NCBI GenBank assembly: GCA_050084515.1
Contig: CM114271.1
Location: 6,448,001 to 6,512,000, forward strand
Source of the DNA: Blasia pusilla
Lineage: Eukaryota
DNA length: 64,000 nucleotides
Direction of reading: 5' to 3'
Position numbers and translations under genes: made by a program. The notes below the pieces were generated by a model. It was not told where the DNA came from. It saw only the letters and a list, made by a program, of their open reading frames with translations, and did no database searches. Every line of letters begins with the position of its first letter. The first letter of the stretch is position 1. Below are positions 26,855-38,619 of the stretch, one piece after another.

Positions 26855-28091
26855 TGTCACGTCCGATATGATAGATCGGCGAGATCTAATAGAGCGCCTT
26901 CAAGGATAGTGGAGGACAACCTCATGAGGTTGAGGATGACTTGTCGAGGCCACGGATAACTTGAGAGAGGAAGTTTCCCCTTCGTTTTGGCTCATTTGGA
27001 ACCATATAGAGAAACTTAATATTTGTTTGAATAAGTCACCATTTTGAGTAGAGTCAACTTTCCACTTTGAGAAAGGGTCATTGATCCCCTACAACATGTC
27101 AAGATCCAAGGAGATCATCTACAAGCATAGGTTACCGTGGAGAGAGTTTGGGAGTAGGAAGGGGATATACCTAAGGAGAGAGAGCGTTGGAGCTCATTCT
27201 CTCTTTGTTGAACCTCTTGGCATGAGATGGCACAACTATGGTCCTTCTTGCCTTGTAAGCAACCCAAGCCACTCATTAGCAAAGTGAGTTTGGTTTGACA
27301 CGAGAGAGAGATATAGTGTGTGCACCTTGTGAGAGATCTTTGTCGTGCGCATACACATCGCTATACAACCCACATCGGTGGTACATCTACACACCACACG
27401 ACATCGATCTTCCCTAGCATACTGGTAGATCCACACATAAAAAAATACACTCACCCATATACACCGAGACCCCACAACAAAATCAGAATAGTAAAAACGG
27501 CTCACCCGACCTAAAACTCCACTCATGAATCTACATCGGCATATCGAACCACATCCACCCTCCGCTATGAGAGAATCGAGATGCTAGCATCCTAGCTCCT
27601 ACACACCCACACACATACATGTAAGAGATGTGTTCCTAAGGCTCAACATGAGAAAGATGGCTTGGGGAAGCCATCTTCCTCACTGTTATACCCTTAGGAA
27701 GAGCCAAAACGCTCTTCCCCCAAAAATAGCCCTACCAACTGTAATCTATGTGCACACGTTACTGGTTGACCGTTGACTCGGTCAACATGTCACTTGACGG
27801 ACTAAAACCAAAATAGGGAAATCGCCATGAACGATGTTCTCGACACAACAGACGTGTCGCCAACCTCATTCGACATCTCGGAACGAAGTTACACCCGAAC
27901 AACCCGTTGACTCTCTATGTCGTCGACGCTATAAAACTCTACCTACGTCAAAATAAGATTGAGAGAGAACCTTAATTTAATTAGAGATATTTTGATACGC
28001 AATTGTCTTTGTGTGTGGATACTGTGAGTTAGCATGGAAATTTGTGTGTTTGTATGTATAGTTGGTGACAACGATGTGTATGCACATGACA
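26855..28091 (+). mobile_element. Solo A-B unit of the DNMT-Gypsy family with a nested fragment (27341-~27950)
   Basis: Starts TGTCACG, ends CATGACA, exact 4-bp TSD TAAG (26851-54 and 28092-95). The nested part resembles 34490-34555 plus 35587-35940. Confidence 0.75.
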
Positions 28092-29008
28092 TAAGGTTAA
28101 AATTTGGGTTAGAACTTTGTCATAACTTGTTTTTCTAACTTATCACATGGGATATAAGATGAACTTTGTTGGCATAAACTTTGTGGATGGTTATAATAAA
28201 TGAACTCTAGATAGGAGTGAGTGATATTTAATCTTTCTCTCAATACTATAATCATGATGTATTTTGTCAATTCATTATCTTGAGTGTAAATTTCCTCTCA
28301 GGATTAAAGTCGAAAGGGTACGGAGAAGATTAGTGAAGGAAAAAATATGATAGGGAGAAAAAGGCAATAACTCTTATGGCTAGCTATGAATGAAAATATG
28401 GAAAAAGTCATAATAAGAACCACCACATGTAAAAACCCTTAATTTGGTATCATTTATTGTGTGATTTGAGTTTTTGTATATCTCTAACTCGTGTCCAATT
28501 GCATCAAATAAGTTTTTACATGGTTTTCTTTTGAGTCCATAGTTAGATCATTCAGTCGCCATTCTAATGGCTCCTCATCGACTATGAGATGATGGAAGCA
28601 ATGGAGTGTATGTAACATGTCTCTAAGATGTTTGAGTAACTTGGTGGCTCAAAAGTGTGAGAAAATAAATTGTGACAAAATCACTGAAACATGTGATAAA
28701 TATTGGAGATACAAAGTGGCCTGGTCCGTCCGTGCGCTCATAGAAGAGCTTCGATGGAACTTGAACATGGAGATAACTAGACATATGAGAATGCGCTATG
28801 GTTGCAGCTCCCGATTATTTGACTACTCGGGAAATTAGGGTTTGTTATCCAATTTTCTTTAGTTCTATTTATAGAGAATGTTGGGTTAGAGAATCCTAGT
28901 AACGCTATTCCACAAACCACGTACGTCATATTATTATGACTCCTTCCACGTCTAAGTTAAAACCATCAATCTAGGCTTCTCCTCATAACTTAGAACATTA
29001 CAGTTCAG

Positions 29009-29225
29009 TATGAGCGTATCCATGCACGCCTAGACATATTAATGCACAAAAAGGTTAATAGTTTTGTTGGTTGTGTAATGTTTTTTCCCTTCCTGTGTTG
29101 CTGCAAAAATATTCTTTGGTATGAGCATATCCATACACTCCTAGTTATATTAATGGACAAAAAGTTCATAGTTCGTTGGTTGTGAAATGTTTTTCCCTTC
29201 TTGTGTTGCTGCGAAAATATTCTTT
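29009..29225. repeat. ~110-bp tandem duplication
   Basis: tatgagc(g/a)tatccat...gctgc(a/g)aaaatattcttt occurs twice in tandem. Confidence 0.75.
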
Positions 29226-29549
29226 TGTTTCCGAAGTGCTATGCGTCGAGGAAGGAGGTTGTTCAAGAATCCAGATGTCACCCTCTCTTAATAGTGTAGA
29301 CTATCTATTTTTTTATTCAACTAAGAGTGAAAGAGTTATTAAGCTCTTCTTGATTTATATCCTCTCTCCCAATTTCTTTCCTCCATGACTTATGTATATT
29401 GGCGCAAAGGTCCTGCAAAGTCTAGACTCCACTGATAACATAATCCCATAATCAGAAAAGAATGCAACTTCGGAGTGGGAGCATTAAAGAATGCTCGCAC
29501 TCAATCACATACCATACACCGGTTACAAACTGCTAAACCTCAATATGCA

Positions 29550-32500
29550 TGCCGTGCCACCAATACTAAACATGAATTGAGCTGTAAGTAGTCTTTACCC
29601 CAAAATGCCCCAACTCCTCGTGGGCATGTCGCACTATACGTGCACGCTAGGAAGGATGAGGCACCACTCATACCCTACCATCCCCTCACACCCGTAAAAT
29701 ATGTGTCCCCCCCCCTTAACCTCCTAGCTCTCTATAGGATCCGATCTCACTCCCTAGCACGCTATGATGCTAGTACATAGGAATTCCACAAGCTCCACGT
29801 CGTCATGGATATCATAACTACCTGTTGCCTCTTCACTAATATTCCGATCTGGAGATTCATCATGTGACCCTACCACTCGAATCATCATTTGATGCTCACA
29901 TGATATCGTCAGCCAAAAAAAAAAGGCACAAGCGTGCCAATCGAGCACCATCTTTTCGTTACTCTTTCCATGCCATAAAACTTGTGTATTGTCTCTCTCC
30001 CTCGGTTATGGGTTGTGACTCAACCCATCTTCATCTTAGTTCAGTCAACTTAGCCTATGAACCACCAAAAACTCATACTCATATAGTAATAAAGCCCACA
30101 TGGCAAGCTTCCTAGTAAGCTTTTCAGACTCCATCAACCACCTCAACGATTGATGATCAATGATAAGTGTGAAAGGATTTCCAAATAGATAACACCTAAA
30201 ATGTGCCATGGCCCACACTACACCCCAGCAGTCTCCATCGTAGGAGTTGTACTTTGCCTCTGCGATGTTGTTCGATTGGCTCACATAAGCAACAACAAAC
30301 CTCCTTTCCTCTTTATCTCTCTAAGCAAGTGAGCACTACTCCTTGATCCAACATGCTGCAATCCGTATGTAATTGGAATGGAAAACCCCTAATTAATCTC
30401 TGTAAAATGAATGAGAACGTCAACCTATCCTTGAGCTCCTAAAATGCTCGCTCTTCATCATCTCCCCAATTCCAAACCTAATCAAGTCATGTTAGCAAGG
30501 TCAAAGACTTTGCGATCGCTTTAAAACCCTTAGCATATACTTGATAGAAGTTCATTAGTCCTAGATTGTATAAATACTCGAACTCAACTCACGTCTGTAG
30601 GGCATGGAATTTCCACAATAGCCTCTGTCTTTGTATGTTGAACACCTAACCCACTTGGGTATATATATGGTGTGTCCCAAGTACTTGATATGCTCTTAAA
30701 AGATCCTGCACTTGCCTAGATGTAACTCCAGTCCATGTAGTTGCAATTGCCAAAACACTCCTCTAGCTGTTGCTCATGCTTCTCAACCGAGGAACTAAAG
30801 ATAAGAAGATAATTTCTGTAACGCCGTACAATATGCAACTTGCAAGAATCCTATCCATCACTCTCGGGAACTCCGTAGGGGCGTTCTTCAACCCAAATGG
30901 TAAGAACTCCCACTAAAACAAATAATCTCTCCCAAACTGATCTATCCCCCTAAACTTTGTCTTCTTGCGTCCTCCATCTTGATAGGAAGTTGATGATAGC
31001 CAACACAAAGATCTTTGCATGTCCTACTCATCAAAGATCTTCTCAAGAGTAGGCCTGACGTATCAATTTGACCTCATCTGTCTGTTGATAGGACGATAAT
31101 CTCCACACATCCGCCTATCCACTGAGTTTCCATATATCCTTCTTTTTCGGCATGGTTGTGGCAAATGCATACTCCCCATGCAATAACTCCACCAATCTTG
31201 CCTTCCACAAGTCTTGACTCCTACTCTAAATCAATGCTTGCTCCACGTCGGAATACCTGTAGGATCGACGAAAGATCGGTGTATTAGTAGCCAAATATAT
31301 CTGTATCGCGGGACCCTTCAACATATCCAAATCTCTCATACTAAAGGCAAAACAACCCATATGCCCTCTCAAGGATCTATGTGTATGCCGTCTCTCTCCT
31401 CTTGTCAACTCAAGACCTATCACAGGCTTCCAAGTCTCCATCACTCGAAGAATATGCAATCTTTGGCTGTGATTACTATGTAGCAACCCTAGCCACCTCA
31501 AGTACAACAACCCCACTATTACCTCCCACATCATGCTCCACACCAAAAAAATGAACATGTGCCACTTTGGCTGCCTCCGCACTCTCTACTTGAACGATAT
31601 CCCAGGAAGTCCATGGTTCCCTACCTCTCCCCGCCTTGCCCCCAATCAATACCTCTACAGACCCTATAGGCAATGCGCTAACTCATGGACGTGACAACAT
31701 GGATGACAATCGCATATTCCTCTACTCAACTATACCTAGATTGACTATCCATATGACACAATTGAGGTCCTCAAGTCCATTGCCTGCCCCAACACTTATC
31801 TCCGTCACGCCTTTATCATAACTGGCACTGCCGAAATACCCATAGCAAACCCCATGGCACGCTCGCACTCATCAAGAGTAGGCTCCTCTAATGTTTGGGT
31901 CTCCTCATGCCATTTTATGCATGGCCTTGCCTTACAAAAGGCATGGGATGCGAGGAAGCCTACCAATGTAGGTAAGGTTGCCCTCAACTCCCCCACCCTA
32001 TTGGCTACCGCCAATGGTGGTTCGTCATCCCCTATCACCACTTGAGACCGATGCCATGGACCACAGATAGCATCCACTATCAAGAGTGGTGCTCTCTAAA
32101 CTCCATCATAAGCTAGCTCGCCTCAATACCTCCGATGGTAGAAGGTTCGTCCATCATAACCGTGACCTCACTTGATGAACACTCGTCATCAATTGTGCGT
32201 GCGGAAGCCTCCGCGGTACGACTATCTCCTCTAACAACACGTCGAACCTTTCTTCAGTAGATGCAAACTACCGGTCAACATTAGCATGTGTGTCTCCTTC
32301 ACTAACAATCCATTGCAAACTCTCGGTGCGGATCACACATCTCATCGCCACTTGGAAAAATGCTAACAAATCAAAACTCTGTCTCAAAAACCATGGGTCG
32401 AAAAAATCCTCGCCAATCCCAACACTTTGGTACCTACCACATCCATCACCCGACCACTTCTTATGCCATCAAAATTGGATAGCAATGCAAGTCCATGTGA
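29550..32500 (-). mobile_element. Diverged, internally deleted DNMT-Gypsy relic (copy C)
   Basis: DNMT C-terminus LEEPTLDECERAMGFA; linker GREPWTSWDI; RT start FAFSMRDLDMLKG...RSYRYSDVEQALI; RNase H SNNIAEAKYNSYDGDC...HFRCYLFGNPFTL; integrase N-terminus near 29600. Collinear with copies A and B. Confidence 0.8.
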
Positions 32501-32504
32501 CTAA

Positions 32505-33315
32505 CATATTTAATTCAATCTCTCATGCAACCATATTTTAGAAGTTACACTCTACATGAGGATAATTAGCGAGTCTCATTCCATTTTTTTGCTCCTTCTA
32601 TGCCTTTGATATGCCCATTATCTATTCCCACCCTGCTACTTTTAGAGAATACATTATTTTCCAATCATCATGTGGCATGCGTCAAGGTGATCCCATGGGT
32701 GGCCCAATTTTTTCCATTGCAATTTTTTGTGCCCTTCAAGGATTTTCTTATTGTCTCTTTCCTTCTATTGTTGCCAATCGCAATACCCACATCATAGTTC
32801 CTCTTTCTAAAGTGGTTCTTGCTTATATCCATTTTGTGCATCAACTATCTATCTTAAAACTTAAAGTCCAATGTAGTAAATATCGAGGATGGTACGTCTC
32901 CTTCATGCCTTCCCTCAACATTCATCACACCTACTATTGATTTTACCACTTGTATCAAAGGGGTTTGAGTTGGTGTGCCAATTGCCTTCATAGACTATAT
33001 ATTTGAGGTTCTTGGTTGAGGCCCTTTGAAAAGCTAAAAAATTTGTTACCTCATCTAGGTGATCCCCAAGTACCTCATAGGATTCTCTCAAAACTTTTCC
33101 TACTGAATCCATCCTACCTTCTTTGCACTCACTCTCCCTCTTTAGAGTTCAATCTAACATAGTTTGACCTCTTTTTGTGTGACCTCCGTAACCAAACGTG
33201 GGCCAACGCAGAACATCAAAACTCTAGTGGGCTTACACTAGGACGGAAACGCATTGGAGTCTCATGAGTGAGACATGAGTTGCACAAGTGAGACGTGAGT
33301 CTTAATAGGCATCTC
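32505..33315 (+). repeat. Duplicated LINE-RT relic plus the start of the family-2 LTR; empty-site paralogue of 9925-10082 / 20466-21120
   Basis: Near-identical to both flanks of copy A, joined contiguously (attattttccaa|tcatcatgtggcatgcgtcaaggtgatccc). Confidence 0.85.
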
Positions 33316-34555
33316 ATGCCTCATTTCTTCACCCTCGTAGTTCCTACTAACCAAGTAGTGGATAACTCACCATATCCAACCCCAAATACGTTTGGCTACC
33401 ATGTCAGCATGTCTAATCTCATTCATGGCTCCTACGACGTACTCCGTGCCTTGACTGGACTCCGTATGGTTCATCCAATGACATCCGTAAGTCTCTCTAA
33501 CTATATCGTAGTCCCCAACTTGTCCCTTCCTCATTAAGGTGGGCACACACAGCCCCCTATGACAACCCTCTTGTTAGTCCTCGCCACTCCCTCCATTTTC
33601 CTCCGCACGGCTCTAGCGGCATGGTGCCCTATGCACCTCCCATATACTTCTTGGAGGCCAGTCACTGCCTCCTCTCAATCACGTTGACCCCTTTTGGACT
33701 TGCCACATGGTGTGACTCCGACTCCCTTCCACCTATGTCCTGATTACTTCCGTGCTTGTGATTGTACGCTTTGAAGCTCCCGCGCCCACACTCTCTCCCA
33801 ACACCCGACTTCCTTGCTCCCAACTTTCGCGCAAGCTTGCATCCCTTTGGCTTTGGCTCCGTCGGCCCTGGGTGCCTCCATTTCTCACACGCATTCCTAT
33901 ATGTAGGACTCCTTGACGTTGACTCTCAAAGCACATACGGCTCTTTGTGCACTTACCACATACTTCCCCGTACTGGTTCCATTCACGTGTCGCTCTAAGT
34001 CTCTCGCCTCCCTAGCCATGTATACCCCTTGCTTCCATCTCCGAGATGTGGATGCGCTGCCCTCTGCAGTGTCGGCCTTTCACGCCCTTCACTTTAGTTT
34101 TTGGATCCTCTATCAACCCTATGGCTACTCACCCAAGACCTAATGGCTATATCTACGACCTAACCTCTGCGGCTATGCCCTTAAAGGAGCTACGGTGATC
34201 TTAACCTAATATACGTCTCTTTCTTCCCGAAAATACTTGCCGCTCACTCAACGTTGCTACCTACATGCTATGTACACCCAAGCACTCCGACCCGCCACTC
34301 TACCCGAATTTGCTACCAACAAAAATCAGTGAAAAACAAGCAACTCTTCCGCACATGGCCTTTCGAAGCGGTAAAACGACAACACAAGTGACAACCAACA
34401 TCTCTTGGGGCTCCCCACCAAGACAACTTGCTTGCCTTTGTCCATATGATGAATTCCCCCTACCCCCTTGCATCTTTCTCATGTGAAATAAGAGTAAAAA
34501 TGGCTCACACGGCCAACTCCACACTCAAATCTATATTGGCATATCGAGCCACATT

Positions 34556-35586
34556 TGTTGCGACCCTCATAACCAAACAAGCGCCAAGAGGAACATCCAA
34601 ACTCTAGCGGGCTCATGCTAGGATGGTTTGCACTTTGGAAAAGTCTCAAGAAGAGACAAGTCAGGAAACACAAGTGCAAGGTGCATTCACCTTGCACTTG
34701 TGTTTATGGTTATGACTAGGAAGACAGAACCAAACGCAAACTTAGACTTGAGAGGAGTCAAGTGTGAGATGAGACGTGGCCAAGGGGTGAGAGCCGGACT
34801 TGGCATGGGACGTGGCTAGCGTTTGGGATTTTTTTCTCTAATTTTGACCATAACTTTTAGTCCCAAGATGAATTTGGGATAAATAATGTAGTGTTGAAAA
34901 GCTTATGCGGAGCCGGTTCCAACGCACTAAAGATCTTTGCAAATACGCAAGGAGGGGTTGAGATATTGGCCAAAAATGAGTGTATAGGGAGTAGGGTTGA
35001 GTGCCAAAAAGAGGGGCCCAGGGGTCTCTTCCCCAAAGGTAGGGGAGGGTGGAAATCCCCACAGGTACTAGTAAGGAGGAAGATCTCCAAGGGTGCTTGG
35101 GACTCGAATTCCACTTTGGGCGCCGCGCGGCGACTCAGAGGCATGGGATGGATCAGAGTTTTGGCGTTGGGATTTGAAACCCAAACCAAGTCCAATAGAG
35201 TGGATTTGGGAGGTCCCTATTGGATTCCAACCCGCAACTTATATTTTGGGTCTCGGTTGGGAGCTCATACGAGGTCCATTGGACAGTTTGGATGCTAGCA
35301 TAGCAGAAGCATACGTTGGCCGCAAACGCCGTTTTAGGTGCCTAGACTAACCAAAAAGTGTGTCTCAAGTCTCGGAAGACTTGCTTGTGTTGGGAAGCTA
35401 GGAATGAGGGAAGGTTGAGTTTGATGAGGTGCCGAGTTGAGAACTTGGTGGATTGGCTGGCCGTTTGACCCTAAACAAACTAATGTGAGAATGTTTGGGT
35501 GTGGATCGGCGATGAGAGCATATCCTACCAAACGTACGCTTCCAAAACACTAGAGATTTACGTTCAATGGGACTAGGTGCATGACA
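34556..35586 (+). mobile_element. Solo LTR, family 2
   Basis: TGTTGCGACC...TGCATGACA with 5-bp TSD ACATT/ACATC. The interrupted host sequence is contiguous at ~27490-27580. Confidence 0.7.
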
Positions 35587-36149
35587 ACATCCTCCTTCCA
35601 CTATGAGGGAATCCGGACGCTCACACCATAGTGCCTACTACACATGGAAAGAGATATATAGATGGCTTGGGAAAGCCATCTCTCCCTATCTCCCTCTCTT
35701 ATAGCCTCTCCCAAAAATAGCCTCCAAATAGTAACATGTGTGCATAGGTTACGGGGTAACGACTGACTCAATCAACGAGTCACTTTGCCACAAATAGAAA
35801 AGAGGGAAAATTGTCAAAAATGATGTTCTCGACATGACGAACTTGTCACCAACGTCATTCGACATTTCAGGACAAAGTTACACCCAAACAACCCGTTGAC
35901 CCTCTATGTTGTCAACGCGGTAGAACTCTACCTGTAGGTTAATATAATTAATATATGACACACAAAAATAGTCACAAAACGCAAAGGGCGCAAAGAAAAC
36001 CATGAGACTCCAAACCGGAAGTTAAGACAAGCGCTAGCCCTGAGACACATGAAACGAGGGTCCAAGCTCCAAGATTTGATTTGGGGAGCTGAGAGTTGCA
36101 TAATATGCATGAAGCCTCTGCCAAGCTATCTTGGCAAATAACTAGTCAA

Positions 36150-36570
36150 ATATAAATTCGCGGATTGCAAACCACGTTTGGGTTGAGAGCCAAAATCAAT
36201 GGTCCAAGGGGGACAATGAGGAAAATAGATTTTCCCCCGAAGAGCCCTAGGAGTACATGTAGGGGGGACACTCTCCCTCCCTACCAACTCAAGTCCTTGA
36301 ATTAGCACCTAAGTCTGATCAATGCGTGTTTGGCCATGTTTCAAGTTTGAGTAGGGAACCCACCTTGGGGAATTAACCAGTGCGCTTCTATATGGGCGAA
36401 AGACTTGGGGAGATTGGTCAAGGGTTGGGGAAGAGAATTCCTAGGGAGATGGTATGCACTAGGGGAGACTCAACTCGATTATGCTTGGAGGCTCCTCAAC
36501 TACTTACAAAACGCGCAACCAGTTGAGTCTTTGGGACTCAACCTAAATCTTCCGCTTACAAAGCTTAAGC
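36150..36570 (+). repeat. Dispersed repeat shared with ~330-870
   Basis: Shared blocks tgcgtgtttg(a/g)ccatgtttcaagtttga and gacttgggg(g)agattggtcaagg. Confidence 0.55.
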
Positions 36571-37199
36571 TGCGGAGTGCTTTGGGGCGAAGCTAAGAGG
36601 AGTAGAGGTCAGACTTTATCGCGATGTCGCATCATCATTAGACATCTTCTTGTCATCCATGTCACTCAAGCGACTCTAGATTTCTAACAACCTATCACAT
36701 ATACATTTAGGAAACATCTATTGTCCAAGAAAAACCCTAGCCTAGTAAGAGATGAAATCAAATATGAAATGCATCGGCCTCTAAAATACCCAATATTGAC
36801 TAGCATGATGGTCTTTCCTAGTATTGACTAGCATCCCCCTCCTTGTGATAAGAGAAAGCATCATGACAACACCAAATGGAAAAAAAGTGCATTTTTTTGT
36901 GATGATATTGAAATAGTGTTGAATCTCAATAAGGTGGGTGTGAGTCTATTCTCAATAGGTAAAAACATTTTATGAGTCACACTTGCGGAGTTTGAGAACT
37001 TGGCTCTTACACATCAACATTCATCAAGGTATGCATGAGATAGCCCCCATGATGTTGATATACATCTTCACTTTTGTGGGTATACGTACGAGTGTTGCCT
37101 TGTAGAGGATTGTAAACAAACTTGTGAGGCAAACATTAAGCCATGCCTTTGTTCTTGAGCACACACAATCAGAGGATAGTTGTGTTCTTAGAGTGGAGA

Positions 37200-37870
37200 C
37201 CTTGATATCCTTTGATACGTACCACACTCATTTTGTGATAGTGTCTAGAGGAAGGTATCAGAGACTTTAAGAGTGCTAGATCTCTTTGGAGGGATGAGCA
37301 AGACGTTAGTTGCAATTTTGTGGGATGGCATACTATTACAATAATGTCTATATGTTGAGAGAGATGTGTGCAATCATACTACGAGTCTGATTGCATTGTG
37401 TGGCGAAGTTGATTCAATACGTAGAGTTGTTATAGGTATTGTAGTATTAGAAATACGTGGGTAGGGTGATATATTAGCCTCCGATATTTCATTGTTGGGG
37501 ATATAGGATGTGGACATGGTTAGCACCACTCATTTCATGATGTTAGGATGGCCACATCAAGGTTTATTCATCGGTTGGTGGAGGGCTCGGATCCAAGGTT
37601 CAACATGTTTTGGGAGATGGTGTGGGTATTACAACACTCCCAAGAGAGTTAAACATGTTCTCTGACGTTCATTTCCGAGAGCGTGCCATTGTTAAGATAC
37701 ACAAGTGCATAGGTGATGACGAATGTGCATGAGGTGAGTACTTGATTAGGACCATTCTTGTTCTTCGATGCAACAAATCATTCGTTGGATTGATTGCATG
37801 TTGTCCACGATTTTGGTGGATCAACCTTCTACCATCATAGGTAGTGAGTTAGGCTTGGGATGGCGCAATG
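37200..37870 (+). pseudogene. Highly decayed DNMT domain relic of the same Gypsy family (copy D)
   Basis: LEEGIR..VLDLFGGMSKTLVAIL, LYVERD, MLGWPHQG, RFNMFWEMV, ESVPLL, CPRFWWINL in the expected order, with stops and frameshifts. Confidence 0.7.
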
Positions 37871-38008
37871 CTAGTTAAGCTTATGTAAATAATTAAAATT
37901 TTATCTAATACTAATTTTAGTGAGGCCCTAACAATGAACAAACTTACTAAGCGAGCAAAAAACCTAAGGAGTTGCTCTCCATTTCTAATCATGTTGCCTC
38001 CTACCAAA

Positions 38009-38202
38009 CTAGCCGGTGCCCGTGCTCAAAACGGGTGAAAGATTACTTCATTGTAGGTCGCCAAACGATCAAGAGAACAAAAGCTCCGACATTTCAAAAT
38101 CTTTGGAAGGAGCTTGCATTCTTGGAAAATACTACGCGTGTCAAATAATTACATGCCATAAAGGAAGGTGTCACCCCCTATAAGGGCACAAGGGAGTATA
38201 GA
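38009..38202 (-). mobile_element. Non-autonomous mini-Helitron
   Basis: Minus strand reads A|TCTATACT ... hairpin CCCGT-TTTGAGC-ACGGG ... CTAG|T, i.e. 5' TC, 3' hairpin plus CTRR, inserted at an AT site. Confidence 0.65.
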
Positions 38203-38619
38203 TTACTCTTCAAACCTACGAAATTGCTCTCGAACTTCTTTCTCATTTGTGTACTTTCATGTGTATTTCTCGTCGCCGACATTTCATCCTGAAAACCATT
38301 CCGGCATTCATTGGTTCTCACTTGGTGAGGTCCCTCCTTTACTTCGTGGGTGTGTGGGGGTGAATAAAAGTTCACCTTCTGCCCGATGGGTTCCCCGTCC
38401 TCTTCGTATTCGTGGGTCCTGTAAAACCTCATCGCACACACTGACAAAGAAAACACACACGAACGGACAGTCTCCGACGGAGTATTCTTGATTATCTTCA
38501 CAGATTCGGTTTCCACGAACGCAACGCACAGGGAGAGAGATAGTCGTGAGAAGACGAAGCGAAGCGAAGCGAAGAGAGCTATCGACTACAGTTTCTGGTG
38601 ATCAGGACAAAAGGCAGCC

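Noticed and set aside
33330-34300. Possible gag region of relic C
   Set aside because: The position is compatible, but I could not identify convincing motifs.
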